Assembly (NCBI RefSeq): GCF_020745735.1
Contig: NC_083429.1
Span: 48,341,877-48,405,876, forward strand
Source: Hemiscyllium ocellatum
Lineage: Eukaryota
DNA: 64,000 nucleotides
Reading direction: 5' to 3'
Both the position numbers and the translations under genes were made by a program. The stretch's first letter is position 1; every line of letters starts with the position of its first letter. Of this stretch, positions 1 through 13,736 are shown piece by piece. The notes beneath the pieces are model-generated. The model was not told the DNA's origin, did not search any database, and saw nothing but the letters and a program-made list of their open reading frames with translations.

Positions 1-626
1 AAGTATGCTCCATCATTCGATCATGGCTGATATGCTCCTCACCCCCATTTTCCTGCATTCTCCCCATAGCCCTTAAACCCATTACCAATCAAACATCTGT
101 CTAACTCCTCCTTAGAATGACTTACTGTCCCACCATCCACCGCACTTTGCGGTAGTCAATTCTACAGATTCATAACCCTTTGGGAGAAGTCGTTTTTCTT
201 CAATTCTGTTTTATATTTGCTATCCCTACCTTAAGACAATAACTTCTCGTCCTAGAATGCCCCACAAGAGGAAGCATTCACTCCCCGTCTATTTTATCTA
301 CACTGTTTATCATCTCGAATACCTCAACTTGACCTCCCCTCATTCTTCTAAATTCCAGACAGTATAGAACTAAACTCTTCATTTTCTCTTCATACAACAA
401 ACCCCTCATCTCTGGGATCCATCTAGTGAAGCTTATTTGAACTGCGTCCAATGGTACTTCATCTTTCCTCAAATAAGGGAACCAAAACTGTGCACAGCAC
501 TTTAGGTACAGTCTCACCAATTCCTTATATAGTTGCAACAATACTTCCTTACCTTTATATTCTATTCCTTTAGTTATAAGAGCCAACATTTCATTTGCTT
601 TCTTTATTATCTGCTGCACTTGCATG
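1..626 (-). mobile_element. CR1/HER1-type LINE, 3' fragment (RT C-terminus and 3'UTR)
   Basis: ORF 278..625 reads KKAN.MLALI.KGIEYK.KEVLLQLYK.LVR..L..C.QFW.PYLRKD, the typical CR1 ORF2 C-terminus. Confidence 0.85.
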
Positions 627-1189
627 CTAGTTTTCTGTAACTTGTGAATGAGTACACTTAGACCCCTCTACATTGGAGCACCCTGAAGTCTCTGTCCATT
701 TAGATTTTAGGTTGCCATCCCATTCTTTTGACCCAAATGCATGACTCATCATCACAGCTGTTGGCTTGCAACATGGAGTTAAAAAAAATCCAGGCCTCAG
801 TTGGCATTGCCAGTTTCTGCAGACGAAAACTGAGTTTAGGGAATTCATGTTCTGCTGACTAAGTAATAGAGTCTGTTTTAAGGGTCTCAGAGAGAGATAA
901 TCAGCTGAGGAAAAACATCTAGCCAGAAGCTTTGTTAACTTGATTAAAAAAATCTTTGCTTGGAAATACTGGTGAAACTGCACTGTGGTTTGGTGGTTTG
1001 TATGTATAAAAATGAATGGAATTAATTTGAATTTTTTTGTGTTTGTATGGAAACTTTTCCAACCTTTCTGTCTCATATAATGTTCTCCTTGTTTAATAAA
1101 TGCTGAATTAAATGTTGCATTAAAAGTACACATGCAGGCTCTTGTGAAAGTAACTGAATCCCACTGTGTACACTGGAAGAATAAGCTAT

Positions 1190-1430
1190 TCAGGACTGAA
1201 AAATGAGGAAAAGATTTCTTCTCTCAGAGAGTAGTTAATCAATGGAATTCTCTCCCACATTAGATACATTCAAGGGGGAGCTGGATGAAGCCCTTGCAAC
1301 TAAAGGGATCAAAGAGTATGGAAAGAAATGGGGAATGGGATACTGAGACTGTATGTTCAGCCATGATCATATTAAATAGTGGAACAGGCTCAAAGGGCCA
1401 AATAACCTACTCCAGCTATGTTCTACATTT
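1190..1430 (+). mobile_element. CR1-type LINE 3' end fragment
   Basis: aggactgaaaatgaggaaaagatttcttctctcagagagtagtt...caggctcaaagggccaaataacctactcc tail shared with other CR1 copies in the window. Confidence 0.7.
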
Positions 1431-1884
1431 CTAAGTTAAATGCTTTTAAACAAAATTCATGCTTGCACTTTCTAGTTAGAATTTTATTTCAATCAAGCAC
1501 ACGCCATAATACAATAAACTAATTAATTCACATACTGTTTGCCCTATTAGCATTAACTTCAAGGTATTGTTATTATCCCATGCTATTACTGGACAATTCC
1601 GGTTTCAGACTGATGTCTGGCTTGATAAATTTGTTTTAGCAAGGTGTTCTCTCACTAACAAACATGCATGCAATATTACCAATTTAATTTCAAACAGAAA
1701 AGCATTCATTGTCCAAAAAATGAATATTCAATAATTTTTTTAAAAGCTATGTGCATATAACATGCATTTAAGGATTTCAAAACATATATTAAAGTTACAA
1801 TCCCATTAATCCTGACAACATCCCATTATAGTACTCAAACCAGAGAGAGTTCCCTCCTCCATCACACAAAGCGTTTGATTTGGC

Positions 1885-2098
1885 TGTACAAAGTTAAAAA
1901 TCACACAACACCAGGTTGTAGTCCAACAGGTTTATTTGGAAGCATTAGCTTTTGGAGCGTTGCTCCTTCATTTGATCACCTGATGAAGGAGCAGCGCTCC
2001 TAAAGCTAATGCTTCCAAATAAACCTGTTGGACTATAACCTGGCATTGTGTGATTTTCAGCTTTGTACACCCCAGTCCAACAGCATGTCTCGAAATCA
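1885..2098. mobile_element. Palindromic Penelope pLTR-derived element, family A, with degenerate hammerhead motif
   Basis: ~95 bp inverted arms centred near 1975; cacCTGATGAaggagcagcgctccTAAAgcta at 1977-2008 (GAAA mutated); imperfect TSD tgatttgg(c/t)tgt. Confidence 0.75.
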
Positions 2099-3261
2099 TG
2101 ATTTGGTTGTGGCTTGGTCATGAGACTCTGATAGCCCCTTCCTTGATTCATCATACAACTGAACTTAAACTTTCTCAGAATTAAGATAACCCCTTCAGAA
2201 GTATAAGTCTTTAAAAGAACACTTTTGGTCTGTAACCTGTAACGAATCTCCTTGGATTAAAATAATCTATTTTTGGAATTCTAACTATCCTCTCCCTTCC
2301 TTAGGAGCATCTGCTTTACATATCCATCTTCAGCTAAGGAATTTGCAGAACTGTTCCAAACTGAAACTAAAATGCTATTTTCCTTGAGATGGGTGTTTCC
2401 CCTCAGCCCCAAAAATAGTTCTACCTGAAGGTCTAATTACTGTTTGCTTTGTTTATAAACCCTCTCAATATAAACAAAAACCCATTTCTCTCCTGGAAAT
2501 CTCCCTCTCATACAATGATTTAAAATAAGTCACCATGGCTACAGAACCATTCAAATCTTAATCATTAAACTTCTTCAGACACAAATCTTCTATTTGTAAA
2601 TTCAATAAGGAGGTTGCGAATGGAGGTTTTGTCAGATTGAGACAAAGCTGGAATGAGTAAAGTTAGGAATTTGTTTCAAAGTGTGAATTTGGTGGAAAGG
2701 AGAAACCAAGGCACTTAAACTAAGTTTCACTGCACGTTAATAAACTCTCCAGAGTGAGAAGTAAGTGAGGAGGAAAGGAGGCATGGATTGGGAATCTATG
2801 CCACAGTGAGACCAGTGGCCATGTGACATCATGAACCAAAATAAAGATGCAAGTGTAAGTAAAGCAGCTGATTGATGAATAGAAATAATGAATGTATCCA
2901 GTCTTTAAAGTAGTAGTGAGGTCTTCAGCTCATGTTTTGGTTTCTCATTATTTTCTTCTTTCCTGACCAATAAATTCTTAAGTGTAAGATTGATACCGGT
3001 GTATTTAATTTTTTTAAGATTTCACGTAAACACAAAGGACAGGGAATATAATTTAATTACTTCATAAGCTAAAGAAATGCGATTGCAGTAACAGGATGGA
3101 TGATGTGGACATGTGGGAGCTGTTGGAGAGCAAGGTAATCCAGAGCAAAATATCTGCTTGAAGTGTTTACAGCTCGAGGAATATTGGATCCGAGTTAAGA
3201 AGGTGGAGTCCAAGCTGCAGATTTTGCATCATATCAGGGAGTGGGCATGTTACCTGGACAG

Positions 3262-3385
3262 GATGAAAGTGAGGATTGCAAATGTTGTCATATCTGATGA
3301 AGGGCTTTTGCCCGAAACCTCGATCTTCCTGCTCCTCGGATGCTGCCTGACCTGCTGTGCTTTTCCAGCACCATTCTAATTTAGA
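3262..3385 (+). mobile_element. Penelope pLTR fragment, family B, with hammerhead core
   Basis: CTGATGAagggcttttgcccGAAAcctc at 3294-3321, followed by the family B tail ctcggatgctgcctgacctgctgtgcttttccagc. Confidence 0.75.
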
Positions 3386-3581
3386 CTATGTTATCTGGAA
3401 ACTTTGCTTCTGGAATTTCTCACACCCTTTCAGACTCGGTAAGTCTAATTTAGTTTGTGATTGGGAATAAGTGGGTGTGATTACAGGTGAGGCAGGTATG
3501 GGGATTCGGGGGGATACAGTTAAAGAGTCTGCAAGGGGGAGGCAATGGTTTAGTGGTATTATCAGGGACAGCATGGTGGCT

Positions 3582-3759
3582 ATTAACTAGGAGAAAGTGA
3601 GGACTGCAGATGCTGGAGATCAGAGCTTAAAAATGTGTTGCTGGAAAAGCGCAGCAGGTCAGGCAGCATCAAAGAAACAGGAGAATCCCAAAACGTCAGT
3701 TCTCCTGTTCCTTTGATGCTGCCTGACCTGCTGCTCTTTTCCAGCAACACATTTTTAAG
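3582..3759. mobile_element. Palindromic Penelope family B insertion at the start of an HE1 SINE
   Basis: Inverted arms; 13 bp TSD cagcatggtggct at 3569-3581 and 3760-3772. Confidence 0.8.
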
Positions 3760-4066
3760 CAGCATGGTGGCTCAGTGGTTAGCACTGCTGCCTCACAGAG
3801 CCAGGGACCTGGGTTTGATTCCAACTTCGGATGTCTGTGTAGAGCTTGCACATTCTCCCCGTGTCTGTGTGGGTTTCCTCTGGGTGCTCTGGTTTCCTCT
3901 CACAATCCAAAGATGTGCAGGTTAGGTGAATTGGCCATGTTCAATTGCCCATAGTGTTAGGTGCATTAGTCAGGGATAAATATGGGGAATGGTCTGGGTG
4001 GGTTACTCTTTGGTGGGTTGGAGTGGGCTAAAGGGCCTGTTTCCATATTGTAGGGAATCTAATCTA
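3760..4066 (+). mobile_element. HE1/V-SINE (tRNA-derived)
   Basis: tggtggctcagtggttagcactgctgcctcacag head, tgtgggtttcctctgggtgctctggtttcct core, aatctaatctaa tail. Confidence 0.85.
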
Positions 4067-4189
4067 ATTGTCCAACAGTTTCAAAGTTCTTGCTTGCTGT
4101 GTGGACCAGAGTATGGACTGTGAAGAAGATGAATGAATTGGCTGAGCAATGTCAATGTTGGGAAATACAGAGAGAGTGTCACTCAGTAG

Positions 4190-4860
4190 CTGAACAGCAT
4201 TGCACCTCCTCTGGGTCAGTTCGATAAAGACAGCGCAGTGGATTGTCTAACTAACAGAGGGCAGAGCAGTGAGATAAAGGGTGAGTTTTGAAGAAGACAA
4301 CCTGTAATTAATGGAACACCACAGGAATCTGTGCTGAGGACACAATTATTTTATACTATATAGGAATGACTTGAATGAGAGAAATTAATGTACTGTCACC
4401 AATTTTGCCAACATAGGTGGAAGATGGAATATAATATCAGAAAATGTAAGGTTACACAATTTGACAGGAGGAATAGAGATGCTCAACATTATATAAACGG
4501 ATACAAACTGCAAAAAAGTTATAGCACAAAAGGTTGTGGGAAACCTCATGCATAAATCTTAAAAAGCTAACATCCAATTTCATCAGGCAATAGGGAAAGC
4601 AATTGGAATTTGGCTTTTATTTCAAAGGGAATCTAGTAAAAAAATAGGGAAGTCTTGCTAAAACTACAGTCAACACTAATTGGACCAGACCGAGAATATC
4701 GCGCATAATCCTGATCCTTTTATCTAAGGAAAGACAAACTGACATTGGATGCAGTCCAGAGAAGGTTCTTCTAGGATAATCTCAGGTATGGAGGAATTTT
4801 CTTGAGAGCTGGGTAGGTCATCAGAGTTTAAAAGAATGAAATACAAACTTATTGAAACGT
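4190..4860 (+). mobile_element. Degenerate CR1 LINE RT fragment
   Basis: Resembles the CR1 RT at 9964-10739 (ggcagagcagtgagataaaggg, ccacaggaatctgtgctgagg). Confidence 0.6.
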
Positions 4861-5261
4861 ACTAAAGCTGTGGACAGCTGGAGAGAGAAACAGAGTTAAC
4901 GTTTCCTACCGGATATTACTTCTTCTTCAGAATCGATATTGACACTCGTTGCATCATTCCTAGGATCTGACTTGCTCTTGTAAACCACTGTGTTAATGCA
5001 ATGTGCTTAGTTGAGTTTCTGATCAATGGTAGCCCCCAGGATGTTGACAGCGGGAGATTCAGTGATGGTAGCACCATGTCAAAGGGTGGTGGCTAGATTG
5101 TCTGTTATTGGTGATGATCACAGCCTGGCATTTTTATGGTGGGAAATATGTTACCCTTAAACAGATGTTGTGAAGTGTCTCAGGAAATTCAAACATCTGT
5201 GATGTGATGTGACAGTCACCTTATCAAGTCAGGTGCTTTTAATTCATTGTAGATTGAGTGT

Positions 5262-5420
5262 AGCAGTTCAGGCAGCATCTGAGGAGCAGGAGAGTCAGGC
5301 TGATGAAGGGTCCTGCCTGAAACATTGACTCTCCGGCTCCTCAGATGCTGCCTGAACTGCTGTGCTTTTTCTGGCACCACACTCAATCTGCGCTGACTCT
5401 TCAGTATCTGCAGTCCTCAC
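5262..5420 (+). mobile_element. Penelope family B short element with partial inversion
   Basis: CTGATGAagggtcctgcctGAAAcatt near 5300, with inverted flank gcagcatctgaggagcaggagagtca. Confidence 0.7.
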
Positions 5421-6142
5421 TATGTCCTTTTATTTCAGTAAAGGACTTCCCTTTATTGCCACCTGGCAGCACTGAAATAACTTTTCTTCAGAATAAAGTT
5501 TCTACTTTCAAACTGAATTGGAGGGGATGGTGCATTGTAGAGAAAAAATGGAATGTTTAGAACCCAACCTTTTGGAATATGTGACTTGGAAAAATAGAAG
5601 AATTAACTGAGATAAAATAATGGAAGTTACATTGTTAGATGGAGCTGGGCATTAAAACAAAATGGAGGAGGATGGCAGAAAGAAACAGTGCTATTCCAAA
5701 GAATTCAAAATGTTAACCCAGTTTCTTCATTCAGAGACGCTGCCAGACCTACTAAGTTTCTCGAGCATTCTCAGTTCTTTTTATTTCAGAAAAGATGTGG
5801 TGGTTTTCATAATCCAATAAACATCAGCCTTCATTGGTTGGTTCAAGAGGAGTAAGGGAATTCCCACAGTCTGGGAGTCATGGATACTATTTAGCCCTTG
5901 ATTAACATTATTTAATATAGATGGGACCTGGTCTTTTATTTCATTGTTGTTGTGCAATCCTGATGTTGAAGAAATGGCCACCGTGTTTTCAATGTTATGA
6001 TAGTGACTGCACTTCCAACATGTTTTATTGGGATGCCCTGAAGTGGCAAAAGGTGCCATATCAATAACATCGTAAGAAAAGGAGCCAGGGAAAATGCCAC
6101 TCAGCTCCTCAACACTGCTCTTCAATTCAATATGACCATGAC

Positions 6143-6460
6143 TGGGTGGCAATGGTGGCTCAATGGTTAGTACTGCTGCCTCCCAGTGCCAGGGACCCGG
6201 GTTCAATTTCACCCCTGTGTGAAGTTGCACATTCCCCCATGTCTGCCTGGGTTTCCTTTGGGTGTTCTGGTTTCCTCCCACATTCCAAAGAGTGTAGCTT
6301 ATGTAGATAGATAATGCTAAATTATCCCTTAGTGTCAAGGGGTGTGTAGATTAGCCATTAGAAATACAGGGTTATTAGGCAGGGTGGCTAGGTCTTGATA
6401 GGAGGGTTGGTGTGGATTTGCTGGCCAATAGCCTGCTTCCACACTATAGGGATTCCATGA
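6143..6460 (+). mobile_element. HE1/V-SINE
   Basis: Same head and core as the other copies. Confidence 0.8.
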
Positions 6461-6667
6461 CTGATCTGATTGTGACCTCAACCTTGTTAGTCTGTCTGCT
6501 CTCCCATAACTCTTCACTCATTTATCTATTAAAACTCTGTCTAACCACAGCCTTGAGCATGCAAGTCTGTCCCTCTGCAAAACAATAGGTGAGAAATGAC
6601 TGTCAAGTCTATCTTAATCATTAGGTGGTGCAACTCTCTGCTTTTCTGCAACCCACCTGATTCAATT

Positions 6668-6670
<3 letters not shown>

Positions 6671-6706
<36 letters not shown>
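6671..6706. repeat. (AC)n microsatellite
   Basis: Direct read. Confidence 0.95.
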
Positions 6707-6708
<2 letters not shown>

Positions 6709-7784
6709 ATTTCCAAATGGATAATGTTGCTAAATCTGGCTGGGCTTGCATGCCACTTCTTCAATTCCAACCAACACTCCCCTCCAATCCAATCCATCTC
6801 CATAATATCTTGAGCTGGTCGGAAGGGTTCCAGATTTGCACAAGAAGATTCCATTCTCAGATTTGGGAAATGTCACTAATTCTGAACTGAATTTCATCAC
6901 ATCTATTAGTTCTTGCTGTCACTCTCTCTCTGCTACTGCCCCCACCTCTCATCAAGGCTCATGGTCTATCACCCTCAGTGTAGACAAACTGCAGATCGTC
7001 TGAAATCCTACCATGTGCACCCATCACACTACCCTCACTAATATATATTGGCTCCCGTATCTCCCCACTAAACATTTCCATTTAAAATGTCATCTATAAT
7101 TGATCATCTCGTCAAATTCTTCCTTGGCTTGCTCCTCCTTGTCTTTATAGTCTCCTTCAGACCTCCAATACCCTTCAATCCTCTGGGTCTCTAACTCTCT
7201 GTCCCTCCAACTCAGGCTTTCACTCATCTCCCTGCCTTTGATGACATCAAACCATTAGCATAAAAGCTAAAACAGCCAATAGTCTGCTCAATGGAGTAAA
7301 GCATCATAAGGAGCATTGGAGGGCTATGAAGTAAAATTAAGACTAGAGTCAAAGGGCGCAAGCCAATTTGCTCCAAACAGTAATGAAACGAATGACCAGA
7401 GCATCAGTTTTAGGTGAAATTCATTATTTGGTTATAAATGAAGAGGCCATTCAGTCTATCATTCATCACCCATTAGAAATATTCTGGGCCCTCTTGTGGA
7501 ATAGTGGTACTGTCCCTACTCATGGAGGCCTGGTTTCAAGTACCATCTAATCCATGGCCAGTAATAACATCTCTGAATGGGTTGATCAGAAGACTAGGTT
7601 AAAATATAAATATTCTAATGCTGCTCACTGCAGAATCAAATTGGAACTATTTCCAGGTTTTCACTCCTTTCTAACTGGATGTCCAGCTCATCAGTTTGTG
7701 CTTTCATGCTCTGGAATGCCATCTCCTCCTGCTTTGACATCCACCTCTTTCATCAAATGCTTATTCACCCCTTCCTATTTTTAA

Positions 7785-8130
7785 AATAAATTAATTAGTT
7801 TACAGGATGAGTGAATCACTGGATAGGCCCACTTTTATTGCCATCCCTAACTACCCAGAGGGCAAGTGAGAGGCAATCACATTGCTGTCTATCTGCACTG
7901 ATATTTCGACCACACCAGGTGAGAATGGTAGTTTCCTTCCCTAAAAGTCATTCTTGAACAAGATGAGTTTTTTCTGACCATCGACAATGGATTCATGGGC
8001 ATCATTAGACTCTTAATTCCAGATTTGTATTTAGTTCAAATTCTATCATCTGCTGTGGTGGGATCTGAATCTGAGTTCCCAGAACATGACCTGGGTTTCT
8101 GGATTAACAATTCTACAATAATTCCATGGT
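7785..8130 (-). mobile_element. Second tRNA-type SINE family
   Basis: Reverse complement matches 24493-24810 and 40545-40860. Confidence 0.65.
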
Positions 8131-8349
8131 CTGAACACACCTCAGAACGCAATGGAAATAGGAGGAAGGAAGATTTGAGGGAAATGTCTCCTCATTGAGA
8201 AGAATAGAGCTGAAGGAATAAACCTGTGAACGAGATGAGATGTTCTGCTTTCAAGCTGAATTAATAAAACAAGTTAGGACGAGCAGATTATTTCAGGCAT
8301 GGGCCATCAGACTCTGCTGTGAGTGCAAAAGCAGTGACCATGGAAGGGT

Positions 8350-8830
8350 ATGATGTTGCACCTTAGAAAAGGTGCAGAAAAAATGTGCAATGGTGTTGCA
8401 GGGAATGGAGGTTTGAGTTATAAAGAAAGGCTGGATACACTGGGACTTCTTTCAGTGGAGCGTCGGAAGCTGAGGGGTGACCTTATAGAGGTTTATCAAA
8501 TCATGAAGGGCATGGATAAGCTGAATAGCCAAGGTCTTTTTCCAAGGGTAGGGGAGTTCAAAACTAGACATCATAGGTTTAAGGTCAGAGGGGAGAGATT
8601 TAAATGGGACCTGAGGGGCAACTGTTTCAAACAGATGGTTGGTGCGGGTATAGACTGGACTATTGGAAGTGGTAGAGATGGGTATAGTTAGAATGTTTAA
8701 AAGACAAATGGACAGGTACATGAATCAGAAAAATTTAGAGAGACATGGGCCATACACAGGCAAATAGGACTAGTTTTGTTTGGGATACTTGGTTGACTTG
8801 GATGAGTTGGACCCAAGGATCTGTTTCTGT
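8350..8830 (+). mobile_element. CR1/HER1 LINE 3' fragment
   Basis: ORF 8350..8691 LSYKERLDTLGLLSVERRKLRGDLIEVYQIMKG...TR.H.FKVRG.RF. Confidence 0.85.
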
Positions 8831-8839
8831 GTTGTATGC

Positions 8840-10750
8840 TTCTTTATGACTTAGTGCTACGTAATGAGCCAGACTTTATAAAACATCTTAAATAAGGGAA
8901 CACTTAGGAGGCAGTGACCATAATATGGTAGAATGCAGTCTGCAGTTTGAAAGAGAGAAGGCAAAATTGAATGTAATGGTGTTACAGTTAAATAAGGGTA
9001 ATTACAAGGTCATGAGAGAGAAACTGACAAAAATCGATGGGAAGCAGAGCCTAGTGGGGAAGACGGTAGAGCAACAATGGCAGGAGCTTCTGGGTGTAAT
9101 TAAGAACACAGGGCAGAGGTTCATTCCAAAGAAGAGAAAGATTATCCGGGGGGAATTAGACAGCCATGGCTGACAAAGGAAGTCAGGAAATGTATCATAG
9201 AAAAAGAGAGTACCTATAAAGTGGCCAAGAGCACTGGAAAATCAGACAATTGAGAAGATTACAAAAACAAATAGAGGATAATAAAGAGAGAAATAAGGAA
9301 GGAGAGGATCAATTATAAAGGTAGGCTAGCCAGTAATACTAGGAACGATAGTAGAAGTTTTTTTCAATACGAAAGAAATAAACGAGAGGCAAAAGTAGAA
9401 ATTGAGCCACTCCAAACTGATGCTGGAAGGCTAGTGCTGGGAGATAAGGAAATGGCTGAAGAACTTAATAAATACTTTGTGTCAGTCTTCACAGTGGAAG
9501 ACATGAGTAAAATCCCAATAATTAAGGAGAGTCAAGGGGCAGAATAGAGTATAGTAGCTATTACAAAAGAGGAAGTCCTAGAAAAGCTAAAAGGTCTAAA
9601 AACTTGATAAATCTCCTGGCCCCGATGGGATACATCCTAGAGTTCTGAGAGAGGTGGCTGAGGGAATAGTGGAGGCACTGACTGTGATCTTTCAAAAATC
9701 ACTGGAGTCAAGGAAAGTCCCAGATGATTGGAAAATCACTGTTGTAACCCCCTTGTCCTAGAAAGGATCAAGACAAAAGATGGAAAATTACAGACTGATT
9801 AGCCTAACCTCGGTTGTAGGTAAAATTCTAGAATCCATTGTTAAGGATGAGATTTCTAAATTCTTGGAAGAGCAGGATAGGATTAGAACAAGTCCGTACG
9901 CATTTAGTAAAAGGAGGTCATGCCGAACAAACCCGTTAGAATTCTTTGAAGAGGTAAAACCCAGTGGATATTATCTATCTCCACTTCCAAAAGGCCTTTG
10001 ATAAGGTGCCTCACGGAAGGCTGCTGGGTAAGGTGAGGGCCCATGGTGTTCGAGGTGAGCTACTGGCATGGATTGAGGATTGGCTGTCTGACAGAAGGCA
10101 GAGAGTTGGGATAAAAGGCTCTTTTTTGGAATGGCAGCTAGTGACAAAAGTGATGTCCCGCAGGGTTCAGTGTTGGGGCCCCAACTGTTCACTTTATATA
10201 TTAATGATCAGGATGAAGGGACTGGGGGCATTTTGGCGAAGTTTGCCAATGATATGAAGTTAGGAGGACAGGCAGGTAGTACTGAGGAGGTGGGGAGGCT
10301 GCAGAAAGATTTAGACAGTTTAGGAGAGTGGTCCAAGAAATGGCTAATGAAATTCAATGTGAGCAAATGCGAGGTCTTGCACTTTGGAAAAAAGAATACA
10401 GGCATGGACTATTTTCTAAACAGTGAGAAAATTCATAAAGCCAAAGTACAAAGGGATCTGGGAATGTTAGTCCAGGATTCTCGAAAGGTTGACTTGCAGA
10501 TTGAGTCCATGGTTAAGAAAGCAAATCCTTCAGGTGGGGATACTAGGACCCGTGCGCACAGCCTTAGAATTAGAAGGGGTCAAATTAGAACAGAAATGAG
10601 GAGACATTTCTTCATCCAGAGAGTGGTGGATCTGTGGAATTCATTGCCATGGAGCACAGTAGAGGCTGGGATGTTAAATGTCTTCAAGGCAGAGATTGAT
10701 AAATTCTTACTCTTGCAAGGAATTAAGGGATACGGGTAAGTGGCATTGAA
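8840..10750 (+). mobile_element. CR1 LINE ORF2 remnant (frameshifted RT)
   Basis: NYRLISLTSVVGKILE, FQKAFDKVPH, VPQGSVLGPQLF, FAND(FADD) RT motifs in consecutive ORFs. Confidence 0.92.
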
Positions 10751-10839
10751 ATGTTCAACTCTTGGAGCATTTCGATGGTACATTCTCTGTATGAGTACTT
10801 GAACTGATTGGTCAAATGTTGTTTTATTTACTTTGTAGC

Positions 10840-10975
10840 TGATCCATCCATTCTGAGGAAGAGTCTCTCTATCTGAAACGTTAACCCTGATTTCTCTCCA
10901 CAGATACTGCCAGGCCCACTGAGTTTTTCCATCAATTTCTGTTTTTGTTTCTGATTTCCAGCATCCCCTGTTCTG
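10840..10975 (+). mobile_element. Penelope pLTR fragment, family D, degenerate hammerhead
   Basis: ttCTGAGGAagagtctctctatctGAAAcgttaac followed by the ctctccacagat.ctgccag tail. Confidence 0.6.
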
Positions 10976-11189
10976 TCAATTTTATTTATAGCTGACCCAT
11001 GTCAGATGCCTTTAAGTACTCCAGCATATTGTGTTTGGATAAGTGTCTTCCTTGTCACCTTTTCTCAGATTTTTCTGTCTAATGTGTTTACCATTCCCAA
11101 TGGACAGAGCACAGCCGCTACAGGATTGGCTGTTGGAAGAAATTGGAAAATACCACAGTGAAACACTAGATGGTGCTCTCATGAGGTTA

Positions 11190-11367
11190 AAAATCAGGTT
11201 ATAGTCCAACAAGTTTAATTGGAAGCACGCTAGCTTTCGGAGCGACTATCACCTGATGAAGGAGCATTGCTCTGAAAGCTAGCACTTCCAGTTAAACCTG
11301 TTGGACTATAACCTGGTTTGTGTGATTTTTAACTTTGTACACCCCAGTCCAACACGGGCATCTCCAA
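11190..11367. mobile_element. Palindromic Penelope family A element
   Basis: 12 bp TSD ctcatgaggtta (11178-11189 and 11368-11379); cacCTGATGAaggagcattgctctGAAAgcta core near 11250. Confidence 0.8.
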
Positions 11368-11550
11368 CTCATGAGGTTAGTCATGTAACATTCCTAAAGA
11401 CAATACTTTGGTCTGCACACAATCTCCTGTTCCGAGTCTCAATTTTAATTTATACACCCCATATGAGGTTGGGGCATTTTATTACATTAAATGTACCATT
11501 AACAGATTTTGTTGTTACTTAATAGAACAGTTGTGGAATTTTCACAAGTT

Positions 11551-11832
11551 TCAGATTAGATTACTTTCAGCGTGGAAACAGGCCCTTTGGCCCAACATGT
11601 CCACACCGACCCACCACCCGCCCAGACCCATTCCCCTACAATTTAGCATAACCAATTCACCTAACCTGCACAGGGCACATTTTTGGACTGTGGGAGGAAA
11701 CCGGAGCACCTGGAGGAAACCCACACTGACAATGTGCAAACTCCACACAGTCAGTCGCCTGAGGCGGGAATTGAACCCAGGTCTCTGGCGCTGTGAGGTA
11801 GCAGTGCTAACCACTGTGCCACCGTGCCAGCC
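11551..11832 (-). mobile_element. HE1/V-SINE
   Basis: Reverse complement of the 29843-30150 copy. Confidence 0.85.
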
Positions 11833-13271
11833 CCCAAGTTTGCAGTCGATAAAAAAGATTTGCATTTGTAAAGTCAGAGAATGCAGGAGAAACTCTGGCA
11901 GCCTCTCTGGAGAAAGAAGGTTAGTGTTTTGAGACTGGGATGACTCTTGTTTGGAAGAGAAACACTATCCTTGGTTGAATCTAGGTACCAGATCTCAAAG
12001 GCCAATGGTCCTCATAAAAGCTATGATCAATGAACACTCAACTTGTGAGCAGGCTGAGTATATTTTGAGATGATGGAGACCAGGGAGGGATCCATTACCT
12101 GTAAAAGTGCCACACTTTATAAATTTTCATGTGGTGTGACTAGAGATTGACAGTTCAATGGAATTACACTGCAGTAAAACAGTGGGAAGTGGCATTATAA
12201 AGATTGTGGTAGTTTCCAAAATAGCAAACAACACTGCATCAGTAGATATTTTGAATGTTAGCCTTACTGTCATATTAGTCGAAACAATTTAAGATGCAAA
12301 TGTCACACACTGGTCAAACTCATCCAGGATACTTCAAAATGGAGCTCCAATATACTCAGCATGTTCAAAGATCAAAGAACAGCACAGCAAAGGGACAGGC
12401 CCTTCGGCCCACCAAGCCTACGTCAACACATGACAACTTTCCAACCTAAAAACCTTTTGCCTCCTCACGGTCTGTATTCTTCTACATCATGTAATTGTCA
12501 AGATGCCTGTTAAATATTGTTATTGTATCAGTTTCATTTTCAAGTATTTTCCCTTTTCGGGAGTGGTGCCAGGAAGTATGATTGGACAGTGGAGGGGTTG
12601 ATATATGGGGGAAAGTTATGTGTCATAAAATTTTCAAACGTTCAACTCCAACTTGAACCCTCCTCCAACCGGTCCCAGGTGGGGAGGAATTTAAACCTTC
12701 TGACAAGGCTCACATCCTCTGATTTAGTCTGGTCTCGGGTTTTCTCGACCCTGGGAAAGCTGCCACTGGGCTGAGGTGAAGGCAGCTTTAGGGTGAAATG
12801 CCCTCTGAGCACTGTGGGCCAAGTCCAACAAGATCCAGAATGCATCCTGTGCTCCTAATATGCTCCCCACTCTGAGACCTACCCTCCTCCTCCTCTCCCA
12901 GTTTCATCCCATCATACAGGTCCCAATGTCAAACTTACTCCTGCTGGGAGTCATGAATTTGTATTCTAGTACCTGGCCTTGTGGATTGCTCCAGAGTATT
13001 CTGTGCCCATTGGAAGCCAAGCCCATCAAACAAGCTGATGTCGAGGGAAGGGAGCCACTAGAGGCTTAGAGGTGCATGCTGTTGAGTTAGATCACAAGGC
13101 CATATGAAGTAGGCCATTCAGCCCATTAAGTTTGCTCTGCCATTCAATGATATCATGTTTGATTTGATAGTTCTCAACTCTACTTTTCTGCCTTTTTCCT
13201 GTAAATCTTGATTCCCATACAAAACTGTCTATCTTGGAATATATTTGACTGTCTAGCCTCAACAGACCTTA

Positions 13272-13573
13272 GGGTGGCATGGTGGCTCAGTGGTTAGCAC
13301 TGCTGCCTCACTGTGCCAGGGAGCCGGGTTCAATTCCTGCCTGGGCAACTGTCTGTGTGGAGTTTGTACATTCTGCCTGTGTCTGCGTGGGTTTCCTCAG
13401 GGTACTCTGGTTTCCTCCCACAGTCCAAAGATGTGCAGGTTAGGTAAATTGGCCATGCCAAATTGTCCGCAGTGTTAGGTGCAGGAAAATGGTCTTGGTG
13501 GGTTGCTCTGCGGAGGGTTAGTGTGGGCTTGTTGGGCCAAAGGGCCTGTTTCCACACTGTAGGGAATCTAATC
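13272..13573 (+). mobile_element. HE1/V-SINE
   Basis: Full head, core and aatctaatc tail. Confidence 0.85.
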
Positions 13574-13736
13574 TTTACAATGTAGCTAATCCACCCTCTG
13601 AGACAACCAATTCCATGTCATCTCTCTCCTGCATGTGCAACCCTTTACTCTGGAATGATGCCCTCACGCCCTAGACTCACCCACAAGGGGAGATAACCAC
13701 TCCACATTTACGCTGTTAAGTCCCCCATGAATCTTA

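Noticed and set aside
627-1133. 168 aa minus-strand ORF
   Set aside because: No recognisable motifs; AT-rich and probably an LTR-like repeat remnant
11408-11932. 174 aa ORF and similar ORFs containing MVAQWLALLPHS, WKQAL.PN or MPETS.LLLLGCCL
   Set aside because: Chance translations of HE1 SINEs and Penelope pLTRs, recurring wherever those repeats occur
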